A stretch of DNA of 64,000 bases from Felis catus (taxonomy: Eukaryota): NCBI RefSeq assembly GCF_018350175.1, contig NC_058368.1, positions 150,290,001 through 150,354,000 on the forward strand. The letters run 5' to 3'. The notes below the pieces were generated by a model that was not told the origin of the DNA, made no database searches, and was given only the letters and a program-made list of their open reading frames with translations. A program made the translations under genes and the position numbers. Each line of letters opens with the position of its first letter. Positions within the stretch are counted from its first letter, which is position 1. Below, in pieces: positions 51,771-63,736 of the stretch.

Positions 51771-51988
51771 GGGGCGCCTGGGTGGCGCAGTCGGTTAAGC
51801 GTCCGACTTCAGCCAGGTCACGATCTCGCGGTCTGTGAGTTCAAGCCCCGCGTAGGGCTCTGGGCTGATGGCTCAGAGCCTGGAGCCTGTTTCCGATTCT
51901 GTGTCTCCCTCTCTCTCTGCCCCTCGCCCATTCATGCTCTCTCTCTGTCCCAAAAATAAATAAACGTTGAAAAAAAAATTAAAAAAAA
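51771..51988 (+). mobile_element. Young SINEC_Fc-type SINE, tandem with the previous one
   Basis: Flanked by AAGAGCACAGTTA at 51757-51769 and 51989-52001. Confidence 0.95.
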
Positions 51989-52077
51989 AAGAGCACAGTT
52001 ATGTGATGAGCACTGAGCAATGTATGGAATTGTTAAATCACTATATTACACCTGAAACTAATATAACACTGTATATT

Positions 52078-52245
52078 GGGGTGCCTGAGCGGTTTAGGTG
52101 GTTAAGCATACAACTCTTGATTTTGGCTCAGGTCATGATCTCAAGGTTCATGAGATGGAGCTCCACATCAGGCTCTGCACTGACAGCACAGGGCCTGCTT
52201 GGGGGTCTCTCTCTCTCTCTCTCCCTAAATAAACAAACTTAAATA
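52078..52245 (+). mobile_element. CAN-SINE (older subfamily) near the old L1 3' end
   Basis: SINEC head with degenerate TSD ATATAACACTGTATATT / ATATAACATTATATGTT. Confidence 0.88.
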
Positions 52246-52405
52246 TATATATAACATTATATGTTAATGTTATATACATTATATATAATATTATCATTAT
52301 ATATCATATATCATATAGCATATCAGATATCATATATATCACACTAAATAAACTTAAATATATATATAACATTATATGTTAACTATAGTGGACTTTTTCT
52401 TAAAA

Positions 52406-53050
52406 AGACAGTAACAAGTTTTCATGAAGATGGTAGAAAAATCTGAAACCCTGTAAATTACTAGTACAATTGCAAATCAGTGTAGTCATTTGGGAAAAGT
52501 TTGACAATTTCTCAAAACATTAAACAAAGAATGATCATATGACTTAGAAATTTTACTCCTAGGCATATACCCAAGAGAAATGAAAATGTATGTTTATATA
52601 AAAGCTTGGACACAAATGTTCATAGCGGCATTGTTCCTAACTGAAAAGTAGAAGCAACCTGAATTTCCACGAACAATTGAATGAACAAACAAAATGTGGT
52701 AGAGCCACATAATGGAATATTATTCAGCAATGAAAAGAATAAAGTACTGATTGAACCTTGAAAACATAATGTTAAGTCAAAGAAGCTAGATACAAAAGGC
52801 CACGTATTGTAGGATTCCATTTATATGAAATGTCCAGAAAAGGCAAATTTATAGAGACAGAGTAGATTAGTGATTGTTTAGAGCTGGGACGAGATGATGG
52901 GCATCGACTGCCAACAGGAGTGGAATTTCTTTTAGGAGGTAGAAAATGTCCTAAAATTGGATTGTCATGATGGTTTCACAACTGTGTGAATGCACTAAAA
53001 AACAGTGAACTGTACACTTTAAATGGGCAAATCATATAAAGCTGTTTTTA
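52406..53050 (+). mobile_element. Ancient L1MB-like 3' fragment
   Basis: ORF2-end-like sequence (CTCCTAGGCATATACCCAAGAGAAATGAAA) followed by an L1MB-type 3'UTR (GTCCAGAAAAGGCAAATTTATAGAGACAG...GTAGATTAGTG...TGTACACTTTAAATGGG). Confidence 0.8.
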
Positions 53051-53242
53051 ACAAAGAAAATCGTGTAATAGTGCACTTAACAGATAAACATTACAATTAC
53101 ACTACATAACAATTAGGAAGTTCAAAAATGTGATAGTTTAGGCTCCTTGCCAAATGTTTCTTAGTAAATCCTTTGAGAGGATCTCTTTTTTTGATATCTT
53201 CCCATCTCCCCATTGAAGACAAATGACCATATAAATTCTTCT

Positions 53243-53718
53243 ATTAATCTTATATATCCTGCTGTAACAAATTTTGGCTTGAAACAACATAAATCTACCA
53301 TCTTTCAGTTCTGTAGGTCAGAAGTCTGTTAGAGTTCTCACTAGACTAGAATCAATTTTGTGGGTGAAGCTGTGTTCCCCTTTGAAGACTCTAAAGTCTG
53401 TTTCCTCACTTTTTATAGCTTCTTCAGGCTGCTCTAATTCCTTGACTCAAGGCCAAGAGAAGACCCCCTTCTCTCATCTTCAAAGCCAGCAATGTCACAT
53501 CTTTCTGACCCTGCTTCCAAAATCACACCCTCTCTCTGGCTATAGCCAAGAAAGACTCCTCCTAAGGATTTATGAGATTATATTGACTCCATCCATATAA
53601 TCCAGGACATCTCTGGGTCCTTCACTTTAATCCAATCTGCAAAATTCTTTTTGCCATGTAAAGCAACAGATTAGATTAGATTAGAACATGAACGTCTTTG
53701 GCATTATCCTACCTACCA
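53243..53718 (-). mobile_element. MaLR solo LTR (MLT1D-like)
   Basis: GCTGTAACAAAT...GGCTTGAAACAACATAAAT...CAGTTCTGTAGGTCAGAAGTC and ATCTGCAAAATTCTTTTTGCCATGTAA are typical MLT1 minus-strand motifs. Confidence 0.8.
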
Positions 53719-53951
53719 TTTTGCCAGATGAAGCTCTGTGTTTTGGATACTCTTGGATCCCTAAATTTTAGAATAGCTTCATGAATACAACTAGCTACCA
53801 AAAGACATTAGATACAATATGGAAGGAGAGCGGTAAAAGATTCCTCTAGAGTCAAACAGTTGTCTCTGAGCAGCCCACTCAATACACAAAAAATTCCTTT
53901 TGAAAACTCCAATCCAGGTTGGTGTAAAACACCATAAAATCACTTTATCCT

Positions 53952-54169
53952 TTTTTTTTTTTAATATTTATTTATTTTTGAGACAGAGAGAATCAGAGCA
54001 TGAGTGATGGAGGGCAGGGCAGAGAGAGAGGGAGACACAGAATCCAAAACAGCCTCCAGGCTCTGAGCTGTCAGCACAGAGCCCGACGTGGGGCTTGAAC
54101 CCACGAACAGTGAGATCATGACCTGAGCCGAAGTCAGATGTTCAACAGACTGAGCCACCCAGGCGCCCC
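53952..54169 (-). mobile_element. CAN-SINE
   Basis: Perfect TSD AATCACTTTATCCT at 53938-53951 and 54170-54183. Confidence 0.95.
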
Positions 54170-55402
54170 AATCACTTTATCCTCTTAATGAGCCTCTGAA
54201 TTTTCAGAAATGCTCTGGATATAAATATAACCTGAATCAGGTTTCTGTTTTTGAGATTAGGTGTGATGTAATTCAGTGACCTTAAAGTTTCCTCTTACTT
54301 AAATATGGGAATTATGGCTCATATAGCCATGAGTCCAGCTGACAGTGATTAGTCATCCCTACATCACTGTCTTTTATGTGTCTCCTGAGTCTTCCTATGA
54401 ATAAGACATATATCAGATAAAATTTTATTGGTTCCTAAATCATATCCTTTACTTTTCAGCATTATTGTTGTAGACACTGGATACGAGAAGTGGTGAAGGA
54501 CACTAGAAATTTCATGGGGGAAAGAGCTCCATGGAATAGGAATAATGAAATTATGTTCCATTACTCTTGGAGATTATTCTTTTCTCAACCCACGTCAGTC
54601 ATTTTTTTGGTCAACATGTCTTCATATGATGTAAAAGAAGGAAATATGACTTCATGAAATTCAAGTTGGAAGTTAATAAAACAAATGCTTTTAAGAAGTT
54701 CAGGAGTATAGTGTTTAATAGACACATATGGACACACTTTTCTTCGGCAATATTTTCCTCTACAGATGAAAAAAAGCAATTTCCATCTTGAATTTTGATG
54801 CCAGGCTAGTTGTCATATTCTTAGTGTTCTTATTTCTTGGATGTTCACAGTTTATGCCAATTATATTTATTTTAAATTTGTTCAGATTTCACTTGTCATC
54901 CACTAGCAATCCTTGGCTGTCTTGTCAACCTTTTAGTGTATATTTAACCAAGAAGAATTGAATTAGAGGCAATATCATTTTGATGCCAGAAAAGCTAAAT
55001 AATAGAAACTAACCTTTGGCAATCATCTCTGTATATTTAATATTCAGTACAATTGAAAATTCCATTTCTTCTCCTTTTTATCCCTCTATTACAACTTTTT
55101 ATGGTTCACTGGAGCTCAGTGCCATTACTGGTAAGCAAACTTAGATGTCCTGAAAAAGTTTATAAATACTCTAAATTACTATGTGATTGGTTTAGAGTGT
55201 AAATTTTCTACATTATGTTTGTTCTATTCCCCATTAATTCCTTTATTACAATGAAGTAAGGCAAAGTTGTACTCTGTCATAGTCAACCCACTCTATAAGT
55301 AAAAGCAAGGAAATATCAGTGCGCAAGAAGTCATATTTAGTGCATATGAGCAAATGATTAAAGCAGATTTTTTTCATATAAAAAATAGAGGAAATAATAT
55401 TT

Positions 55403-55670
55403 TTGAATATTTAAGAACTATTTTATTTATTATTTTTAAAAGTTTTTTTAATTTTTTTTGAGAGAGAGAAAGAGACAAGGCACGAGTGGGGGAGAGGCAG
55501 AGAGACAGAGAGGGAGACAGAATCTGAAGCAGACCCAAGACTCCAAGCTGTCAGCACAGAGCCCAACATGGGGCTCAAACCCACAAACCTGTGAGATCAT
55601 GACCTGAACTGAAGTTGGATGCCTAACCTACCTGACTGAACCACCCAGGAGCCCCTTAAGAACTACTTTT

Positions 55671-55714
<44 letters not shown>

Positions 55715-56129
55715 TAAATATAATTTATCGTTAAGTTAGCTAACATACAGTGTATACAGTGTGCTATGGGTTTTGGGGCCTCGGGGGTTGGGGGTTTTTA
55801 GATCCCCATGATTCATCACTTGTATACAACACCCAGTTCTCATCCCAACAAGTGCCCTCCTCAATGCCCATCACTCATTCCCCCCCTTCATCAACCCTCA
55901 GTTTGTTCTCTTTATTTCAGAGTCTCTTATGGTTTGCCTCCCTCCCTCTCCGTTTGAAATTATTTTTCCCCTCCCCGTCTCCCATGGTCTTCTGTTAAGT
56001 TTCTCAAGTTCCACATAAGACTGAAAACATATGATATCTGTCTTTCTCTGAGTGACTTATTTCACTTAGCATAATACTGTCCAGTTCCATCCATGTTGTT
56101 GCAAATGGCAGGATTTCATTCTTTCTCAT
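55403..56129 (-). mobile_element. Short feline L1 3' end with (AAAT)n tail and a SINE nested in its tail
   Basis: 55715-56129 is the reverse complement of a feline L1 ORF2 end and 3'UTR (similar to 46743-47090). TSD GAGG(A/C)AATAATATTT at 55388-55402 and 56130-56144. Confidence 0.85.
55428..55655 (-). mobile_element. CAN-SINE nested in an L1 tail
   Basis: TSD TTAAGAACTA(C)TTTT beginning at 55411 and 55656. Confidence 0.93.
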
Positions 56130-56379
56130 GAGGCAATAATATTTAAAAAGAGTTTTGGTTATATGATAATGAGCCTTGATTACCAGGGTCAGGAATACAG
56201 AGTTTAGTTGTAAATTAGTGATTCATTAGAATGACTTATTTGAAATCTTAAAAAAGTATGGCAGAGCTGATAATTAGCTGGTATTGAGAGCCCATTCTGT
56301 CTTTTTGCAGTCAGTGCCTAAGCTGGTTGGTCAGCAAAGCAGTTCTGATTTGGATGGTGTTCTGTCATGTCACTTGTCA

Positions 56380-56523
56380 AATTCTTGGAACATTAGCCCT
56401 TAATGCTTGGCCCCTCCCCTGCCCCTGAATGTCTGTTTCAGTTGGGCTGGGTGAGGCTGGGCATAGGAGGCTCTAAAAACTCCCCACGTGATTCTAATGT
56501 GAAGTCAGGACTGGGAAACCCTG
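56380..56523. mobile_element. MER5-like DNA transposon remnant
   Basis: AAACTCCCCACGTGATTCTAATGTGAAGTCAGGACTGGGAAACCCTG terminus. Similar remnants occur at about 5520-5625 and 9800-9920. Confidence 0.6.
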
Positions 56524-56619
56524 TTGTAGGTTTTCCAATATGAGAGTGACATGATGAATTCATGGCTTTAAAGGAACAATTAATCTGAATATATTGGATG
56601 GGTGAAGAAATTGAGACAG

Positions 56620-57280
56620 GGAAGTTATTCATTCACTAATTTGACAAGTAATTATTATGTGTAGGTCTGGGCACTGAGCTACAGTGCCAATCCAGATGAA
56701 TAAATGGGAAAGGTAGAGCCATAGGAAAGAATGGATTTTGCAGATATTAAGAAGATCAAACAGGCAGTACTATATGGGGTCCAGAAAGGAGAGGAATCAA
56801 AGGAGACACTGAAGTTTGTTTTCCATTAAATGGGAGGAAGAATGCAAGAACATCAAGAAGCAGAGATAATTTCAGGGACACAATGAGTTCAGTTCAAAAT
56901 ACATTAGATTTCAGGTAAAGGGAGGTCATCCAAGATCATCTACAGGCCTTTGGAAGAGCACTAATTGGAATTTTAGAGTAATTTTGAAGGCAGAGGTGTA
57001 AATTTAAGAGTCATCCATGTAGAGATACTAATTAAAAACACTTGAGTGACTGAGATGAAATATTGCAAGTTATAAAGAAAATATAATGGAGGGCTAAGAA
57101 CTAAGGTTTGGGAAAAGGGTAAGGGAAGACATAAGCAGAGAACCTAGAAAGGGTAGAGTCAAGGAAATTAAGAGAAGGGAGATTTTTACATGTTAAGAGA
57201 AGTCAACAAAAATTCAACTGAGGAGGCCATTGAACATTCCTACAAGGAGCCTCAGATTTATTTCAAAACTCATAGAGTGG
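56620..57280 (-). mobile_element. L2 LINE remnant
   Basis: Starts with the L2 3'-end motif TTCATTCACT...ACAAGTAATT. Internal ATGAGTTCAGTT...ACATTAGATTTCAGG and AATTTAAGAGTCATC. Other probable L2 remnants lie at about 38.5-39.6 kb (+) and 58.1-58.5 kb (-). Confidence 0.6.
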
Positions 57281-58587
57281 CAGCAGAGTTCAATCATCTA
57301 CATGTGATCTGTAGTGAATATTAAATATTCAGATACGGTCGCCAAAAGTTAGTTTCTATTATTTAGCTTTGAGGGCATCAAAATGATACTGCCTATAATT
57401 CGATTCTTGGTTAACTATCCACTAAAAAGTTGACCAGACAGCCAAGGATTACAAGTGAAATTTGAACAAATTTACTATAAATATAATTGGCATAAACTGT
57501 AAATAGCCAAGAAATAAGAACACCATGAATATGACAACTAGCCCGGCATCAAAATTCAAGACTAAAGCTGCTGTTTTTCATCCAAGGCTGAAGGCCTAAC
57601 AACATATCTAAAATGCTGAGTTGCAATAATATATTGTTATATATGTTTTCTAGTATCAGTCACTCACAGCAATTAGGAACAATCTATCTGTCTAATTTCT
57701 AACACCACTTAGACTAACAAGTCTGTAGACTGAACCACTCTGGATAATCCGTTTCTCAACTTGATCCATGGTGTGGTAGATATAAGGTGCTCTGGAGGGA
57801 GCACCAAAAAACAAAGGTTCTGGCACTAATTCCGCTTAACTTATTGTGGGATTCTTTGGGTCCAGTTTCCTTGCTTGTAAATGTATTTTAAATATGTGAA
57901 GTAAATTGGAAAATGACTCGGGAAGGCCCATATTTATGATTTCAACTCATGAAAATCTACCTTGATGTTGGGGGTTATAGTTTTTTATTTTTATCTCTGA
58001 TATTTTTCAGTATTGTATTCCTCTTAAACTTTTTTCTTTTGAGTTACTGTTAGTAGTTTTGCAGAGAGACTGAAAAGAAAGACATCAAATGACTTTATTA
58101 AATCCTATTCAATAGAATTTATTGAATTAATTGAAACAGAATTTACTTTTGGTTCAGCTCCACAGGAGACATGAAAGAAAAATCTGTCCCTGTCTTTAAT
58201 AAGCTATCCATATATTTGGAGGAGATGAGATCAATATATAAGCAAATATTATTTTACAAAATATATCAGTGAATGATTAAGGACCCAAAAATACCAAATG
58301 TAAAAGATATAGTTCATTGAAAAAACAAAACAAAACAAAAAAACCCAGTAAGCCCAAAGCATTCTTAAAAGGCATCAGAGAGAATTTGATCCTGACTCTT
58401 AATGAATACGTTTTGAGTAAATAGGAGAAAAAGGTACACAAGAGAAGGAGAATCAAATAAGCGAAGGTTTAGAGGCTCAAAAGGGCTAGGGGAATTCTGA
58501 ACAGACCATTCCAGAAGGACAATCTAATTCCTGCCCCAGAGATTTCCATGCTAGTGAGATTTCTGGTCCTTGACTACTTTCGTTTCT

Positions 58588-58681
58588 TTTCTTTCTTTTT
58601 TTCTTTTCTTTTCTTTTCTTTTCTTTTCTTTTCTTTTCTTTTCTTTTCTTTTCTTTTCTTTTCTTTTCTTTTCTTTTCTTT

Positions 58682-58724
<43 letters not shown>

Positions 58725-58911
58725 AGAACGAGGCGAGGAGAAAGGCAGAGGTGGGTGTTGGGGGGAGAGTGAGACAGAATGAATGAGAATCTCAAGCAGG
58801 CTCCATGCTCAGCATGGAGCCCAATGCGGGGTTCAACCCCACGACCTTGGGATCATGACCTGAGCGGAAGTCAAGAATCCAACGCTCAATTGACTAAGCC
58901 ACCAGGCACCC
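58588..58911 (-). mobile_element. CAN-SINE whose tail is expanded into (TTTTC)n(TTTC)n
   Basis: SINEC head at about 58790-58911 and microsatellite at about 58594-58723. TSD GACTACTT(T/C)C(G/A)TTTCT. Confidence 0.9.
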
Positions 58912-59009
58912 AGACTACTTCCATTTCTGACCTTATAAAGAATGTTTAGTGGGTGGAAGACCATAAGCTGAGAGTCAGAGAGGGAAAGAAGCAGAACTCG
59001 CACTGTAGT

Positions 59010-59250
59010 TAAGCATTTATGCAGTGCTGCTCTCACCAGGCACTAGGCATGATTCTAGGAGTGCTCACATATTAACTCATTTAATCTTTATAACAACCAC
59101 GTAATGTAGGCACTCTTTTAGTTCCCATTTTACAGAGGGGAGAACAGAGGCAAACAGAGAGTAAGTAACTTGTGTGAGGTGACACAGCTCATAACTGAAG
59201 GGGCCGGAATCTGAATTCAGATTCTGGCCTCAGAACCCTGACGTTCATGC
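59010..59250 (-). mobile_element. MIR SINE remnant
   Basis: TTAACTCATTTAATCTTTATAACAACC...CCCATTTTACAGAGGGGAGAACAGAGGCA...AAGTAACTTG. Confidence 0.8.
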
Positions 59251-62200
59251 AGAACTGGATGTGCAGGGTGGACTCATATTCAAGGGAGCTTTGAAACAAA
59301 TGTGGGAGTTGCTATTTTACTCTAAGAGCACGAAGGTTTCAACATTTGAATAATATGATAAACAATCTGGCACTGATGTGGAATTAACTATAGAGGAGAA
59401 ACTGCTGCCATATTGTTTTTCTATCTTTTTTCTAACGTGCAGTTTCAAAGGTGCTATGTAGTTGACAGACGTGAATCTGGCCCACAGCTATGGCTTAGCT
59501 GAGGTAGACTAGCTTTGAATGGCACTTTTCTCCTTGTTCCAATGTTTTAAGTTAAACCATAGAAACATAACACAAGTGCAAGGTAGCGATTAGTCAAGTT
59601 TAGTTTTTCTGTACAGCTCAAAGCACCCACACCAAAGCTACTTTGAAAGGAATCTTGCCACTTGCCTGTCTGCCTGCCCTCTTCTCGGCTTACACAAAGT
59701 GTTATTTTTCCCCAACTGCCAAGGCCTTTTCAAGCTGAGCTTGCATGCGACACTTCCATGAGACAATATGGGCAACTGATCAGGAAAGGTCTCGGTACAT
59801 CCAATTAAAAATTGTTCAATAAACAAAAATTGAAGCAGTCTAGGACTAGAATCAAGTCCCTGGAGGGCTGTTGATAGACTTGTTATTAAAGGTTTGCCAA
59901 GCTTTAATAAGACTGATAACAAGAAACTGCAAATCTCTTCAAACTAGTCTGTAAACATTTGGATAGGATTGAAATTAAGAATACGGAGTACATGCATTTC
60001 ACTGATCTGTTCTTTTTAGCTGGCTTTCATGTTACAAAATCAGCAACATATGTCGGCAGATCCAATTGACCTTCAAGCCAGAGTCTGAATATCTTAGGTG
60101 TATGTCACCTCATCTCTGGCTTTGATCTGTTGTAAGAAAGAGAAATATAATTATTAGCACATTGTTCTGTGCAGCTGACAGAGCATCTGGTATTTTAGAA
60201 ATGCTTTTGAGATGCCTAAATTGATTTGAAATTCGGTTATAAGGAAGCTTGGAAAAGATGCGACATCTTTACCGCATCAGTAATTAAGAGAAATCAGAAG
60301 CAAGTTTGATCAGCACGAAGTTATAGCTGAAAATAAAACACCTAAGCATGATTAAGGAAAGAATTAAAGAAGTGAAAGCACATAAGGCTCCGTAAGAGTG
60401 ATTAGTCAAGTATCTTCCTGATATAGATGATTTAATTACATTTCCTTATAGCAATACCACCACCCATCTGACCATGGTGACTGAATCTCCATCATGGACT
60501 ATTATGTCTGAGTTTCCATTATAAACAGTTAATTTTTGAGGTTTAAAATCTCAGTCATTTCAAATTGCTTCAGATTTTGACTTGGCATATGGGCTGTTAG
60601 TCCAGCTGCCATTATGTAAAAGAAAAAAAAAGTATTTGAAGTCTTTCAAGACAGTTTTGAATAAAAAATAAAAGTATACAATTTTCATGCTTCTTTCCTC
60701 AATCTCTAGTCTAAAAGAAATGTGAAAAGAGTTAGTCTAAAAATGTTTCAATACTGGTTTTGATCCAAATGAATGAAAAATATCTCTATTCATTTGAATG
60801 GGGATTACTGTCATAACAAATATTTGAAAGGGGAGAAGAAGTGCAATGTTCTTTCAAAAAAGAAGACAAAAATACCTGTAAAATGTCTAGTTAGAAATGC
60901 TGGTTTTGATCCACTGTTGAGCATCAGAATTGTTCCTAGTATGCTTCCAATATTACTAATCATTTCCTTAGGCAATTTTGCATTCATTTTTAGAAATTTT
61001 AGGAGTAAATTTAAAATTTTGCACTAAATTTAAAATGCTGAAATCTTATATGTATTTCCTCCTTATGCAATCTTTTTCACTGACACTGTACTTATTGGCA
61101 AACTGAGGCATATTTCTGATTTGGTGATTCTTAAGGACCACTTAAATTTTGTTATGAAAATAATTCCAAGTTCCAACATCACAAACATCACAGTACTGTT
61201 CACTTTGCTTAGTAAAGCATTTCCATATTTGTGGTTAAAAAGGAATTATGGTTTTGGTCAACCATTGGTTTTGTATCTGCCTATTATCCACATTGTGACA
61301 TATATGAAGTAAACACTTTCTCTTATGGCCATTGTCTGCCTTCCTTTCCCCAACTATGACTGATGTGTTTATAGGAAATGCAAAGTAATACTGAGACTGA
61401 TTCTCTTCTTTCAAGAACACATCTGTCTATAAACTTGTAAGGGTTTTTAAAACTGGATAATCTCTGATGTTGACTTAGGTACTCTACATTCTATACTGTG
61501 AATATATGTATATATCACTTAAAATATAACACTTTAACCTTGGGGATATTACTTGTGTCACAAAGGCAAACAACATGCAGTAGCAACCTTTAAACTATAA
61601 AATTAAAAGGTCCAACTACTTGAAAAAATTATGCAAAACTAAGGAGTTAGTGCTGGTTCTAAATGTAGCCTTTATGAACTGTGAAGTGTAGCTTTTGTGA
61701 ACTCATGAGGGATAAAACTAGGCGAATCTCAGAGCTGTTTTTTTTCTTTTGCTTTCTGTAGTATCACATGAATTGATTCATACTCATCAACAAAATGTCC
61801 AAGTTCAATCAATCTTTGGGGGGAAGCATTCTTCACCTAATTGCCTATCTACCCACCCCACACCTGCCACCTACGTACCCATATTTACACACTAAGTGGA
61901 GTACAGAGAATCAGATAAAAATTTTATGAAGAAGCCCAGAAAGAATCACTGATGCTCTGCAACTCAGTATTTGTGGGGTAGATGTTTGAGATGGTAAGAA
62001 GAGGTGTGAGTTGTGGCCTCCACTCTCCAAGTTACAATTTAAAAACTTAGAATGTATAGCTCAGACTAATGTACGGCCCGGTGTATATTACAGATGCTCT
62101 TGGGCACCTTGGCTCCTATTTGATAATACAAATAGCCATGCTTTTCATAGACCATGACCATCTCCTATATTCAACCATATTTATTGAATATTTATCTTTT

Positions 62201-63685
62201 TCAAACACCAGATATATAAAGACGCAGATGTATCAAATAGAGTCTTACTCTCTAGTCATTAGCAATTCAAACTTGGACAGAGTAAAAGTTAGGAGAGAGG
62301 TGTTCCAAGGAATTAAATTCCCCTGACACTTGGGGGGTGGGGAGCGGAGAGGGTATTTCTTAACCTGAATGCTGTAGCACTCATGGTTTATTGTATGGGG
62401 CAAAAATAAACAGCAAATACAAAGAGCAACGTTTTGAAGTCTGGTGGCACTTTTATCCTCATTAGATGTGATTATTCTTGTAATATGATACAGAGGTAGA
62501 AATAAGGCTTGCTGACATATGTCTAAGAGAACTGCCCCAAAAAGGGATGGAGAAGGATGGGAGAAAAAGATAAATCTGATAGAAAAATAATAGATTCTAT
62601 TTTCTAAACAAATATAAATCATTTATCTGCCATACACTATTTTTGGATAAACCTCCCAATTAGCATGGATAATGAGAAACAAGATTTGTATATTTTTTTT
62701 TCAAAATATAAATTGTAGTTTACAAACCTAATATCCCAGCAAAGTATATCCAATCTAACTTTTAAATATTGTAAAGCCTTCTCTAGTAAAAGTTTCTATT
62801 ATGGTCAGATACTCAGAGCTGTATTCTGCAACAGTCTAGTGAATTAGAAGATATTTGGGGAAGTCTATTTGGCTGTTTATATAACCCCAACTCAACATAA
62901 ATGTGTTAAGGTTGTTAGACCCACAAAAGACAAAAAAAAATGCTAAGATCATTCTTATCTGACAATTATTTGCCAGGTTTACACAGATGACTTCTTCAAG
63001 CTCTCTTTGACACCACTTTTTCATAAATATGGTGATCGTCTCTCCAACTCCAATACTCGCATGAATTGTTCTCTTTGCACACATCACAATTTCAATATGG
63101 AAATTCAACTGTTTATTAAAAGAAAGAGCAACCAAATTTCAGAAAGCCATTTTAAAATAAATGATTGACCCCACACTACATTAATATTTAGTATGTTTTG
63201 TATTGCTTGAAAGAAGATATGATGGTATTTTTCATTTTCCTTCCATTTTAATGAGTTTCTTTAAGCTCTTAGCTTTAAGGGAGAAAAATATCCAAGCTCT
63301 TTTCTCAGCAAAAGAGCCTAAATGGTGAGTGTGGTACCAAAAGTTGATGGAATCAAGTTACCAAAGTGACTAGTGAATGAAAGGAAGGAAAAGAAAAGGA
63401 ACATTTTAGCTTCCACCTCTGTTCCATATCATGCCAGTGTTCTCACATGTCAGCACATCAGATTTAATTCAAACCTTTCAGATGAGGCATGATTCTCCTC
63501 AGGAGTCTGAGATGAGGAAACTGAGACTCAGGTCAAAATGCACCCAAGATCACACAGCTAAAACAAAGTAAAACAAAACAAAACAACGAACAAAAAACCT
63601 AGGGTCAAAATCCTGGATAAACCTCAGGAGGAATCCACCTGAGCACAAGCCAAAACAAGGTGATTCTGAATCTGAAAGCTTGGAA

Positions 63686-63736
63686 TTTTTTTTAATATAA
63701 TTTACTGTAAAATTGGTTTCTATACAACACCCAGTG
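63686..63736 (-). mobile_element. Ultra-short (51 bp) feline L1 3' terminus
   Basis: Matches the reverse complement of the young L1 end (47048-47091) plus a T8 tail. TSD TGA(A/G)AGCTTGGAA at 63673-63685 and 63737-63749. Confidence 0.85.

Larger units (their letters stand above)
39663..52405 (+). mobile_element. Old near full-length carnivore LINE-1 (L1_Carn-like), fragmented by nested insertions
   Basis: Carnivore L1 5'UTR-like sequence at about 39663-40287 resumes at 41778. It is followed by an ORF1 remnant, a ~390 bp inter-ORF spacer split by the young L1, an ORF2 remnant and a carnivore-type 3'UTR (CAGACTCTTAACTATAGAGAAC ... CCTGAAACTAATATAACACTG). Confidence 0.8.

Noticed and set aside
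3017..54158. Recurrent 60-115 aa ORFs such as AQSVERLTLAQVMIS and GAPGWRSRLSVRLQPG
   Set aside because: They are translations of CAN-SINE bodies, not a gene family.
54364..54790. Acceptor-like sites with short open frames on both strands
   Set aside because: The frames end in stops with no donor and no recognisable homology.
58548..58795. ORFs encoding FFSFL / KEKKR repeats
   Set aside because: They are translations of the (TTTTC)n(TTTC)n SINE tail.
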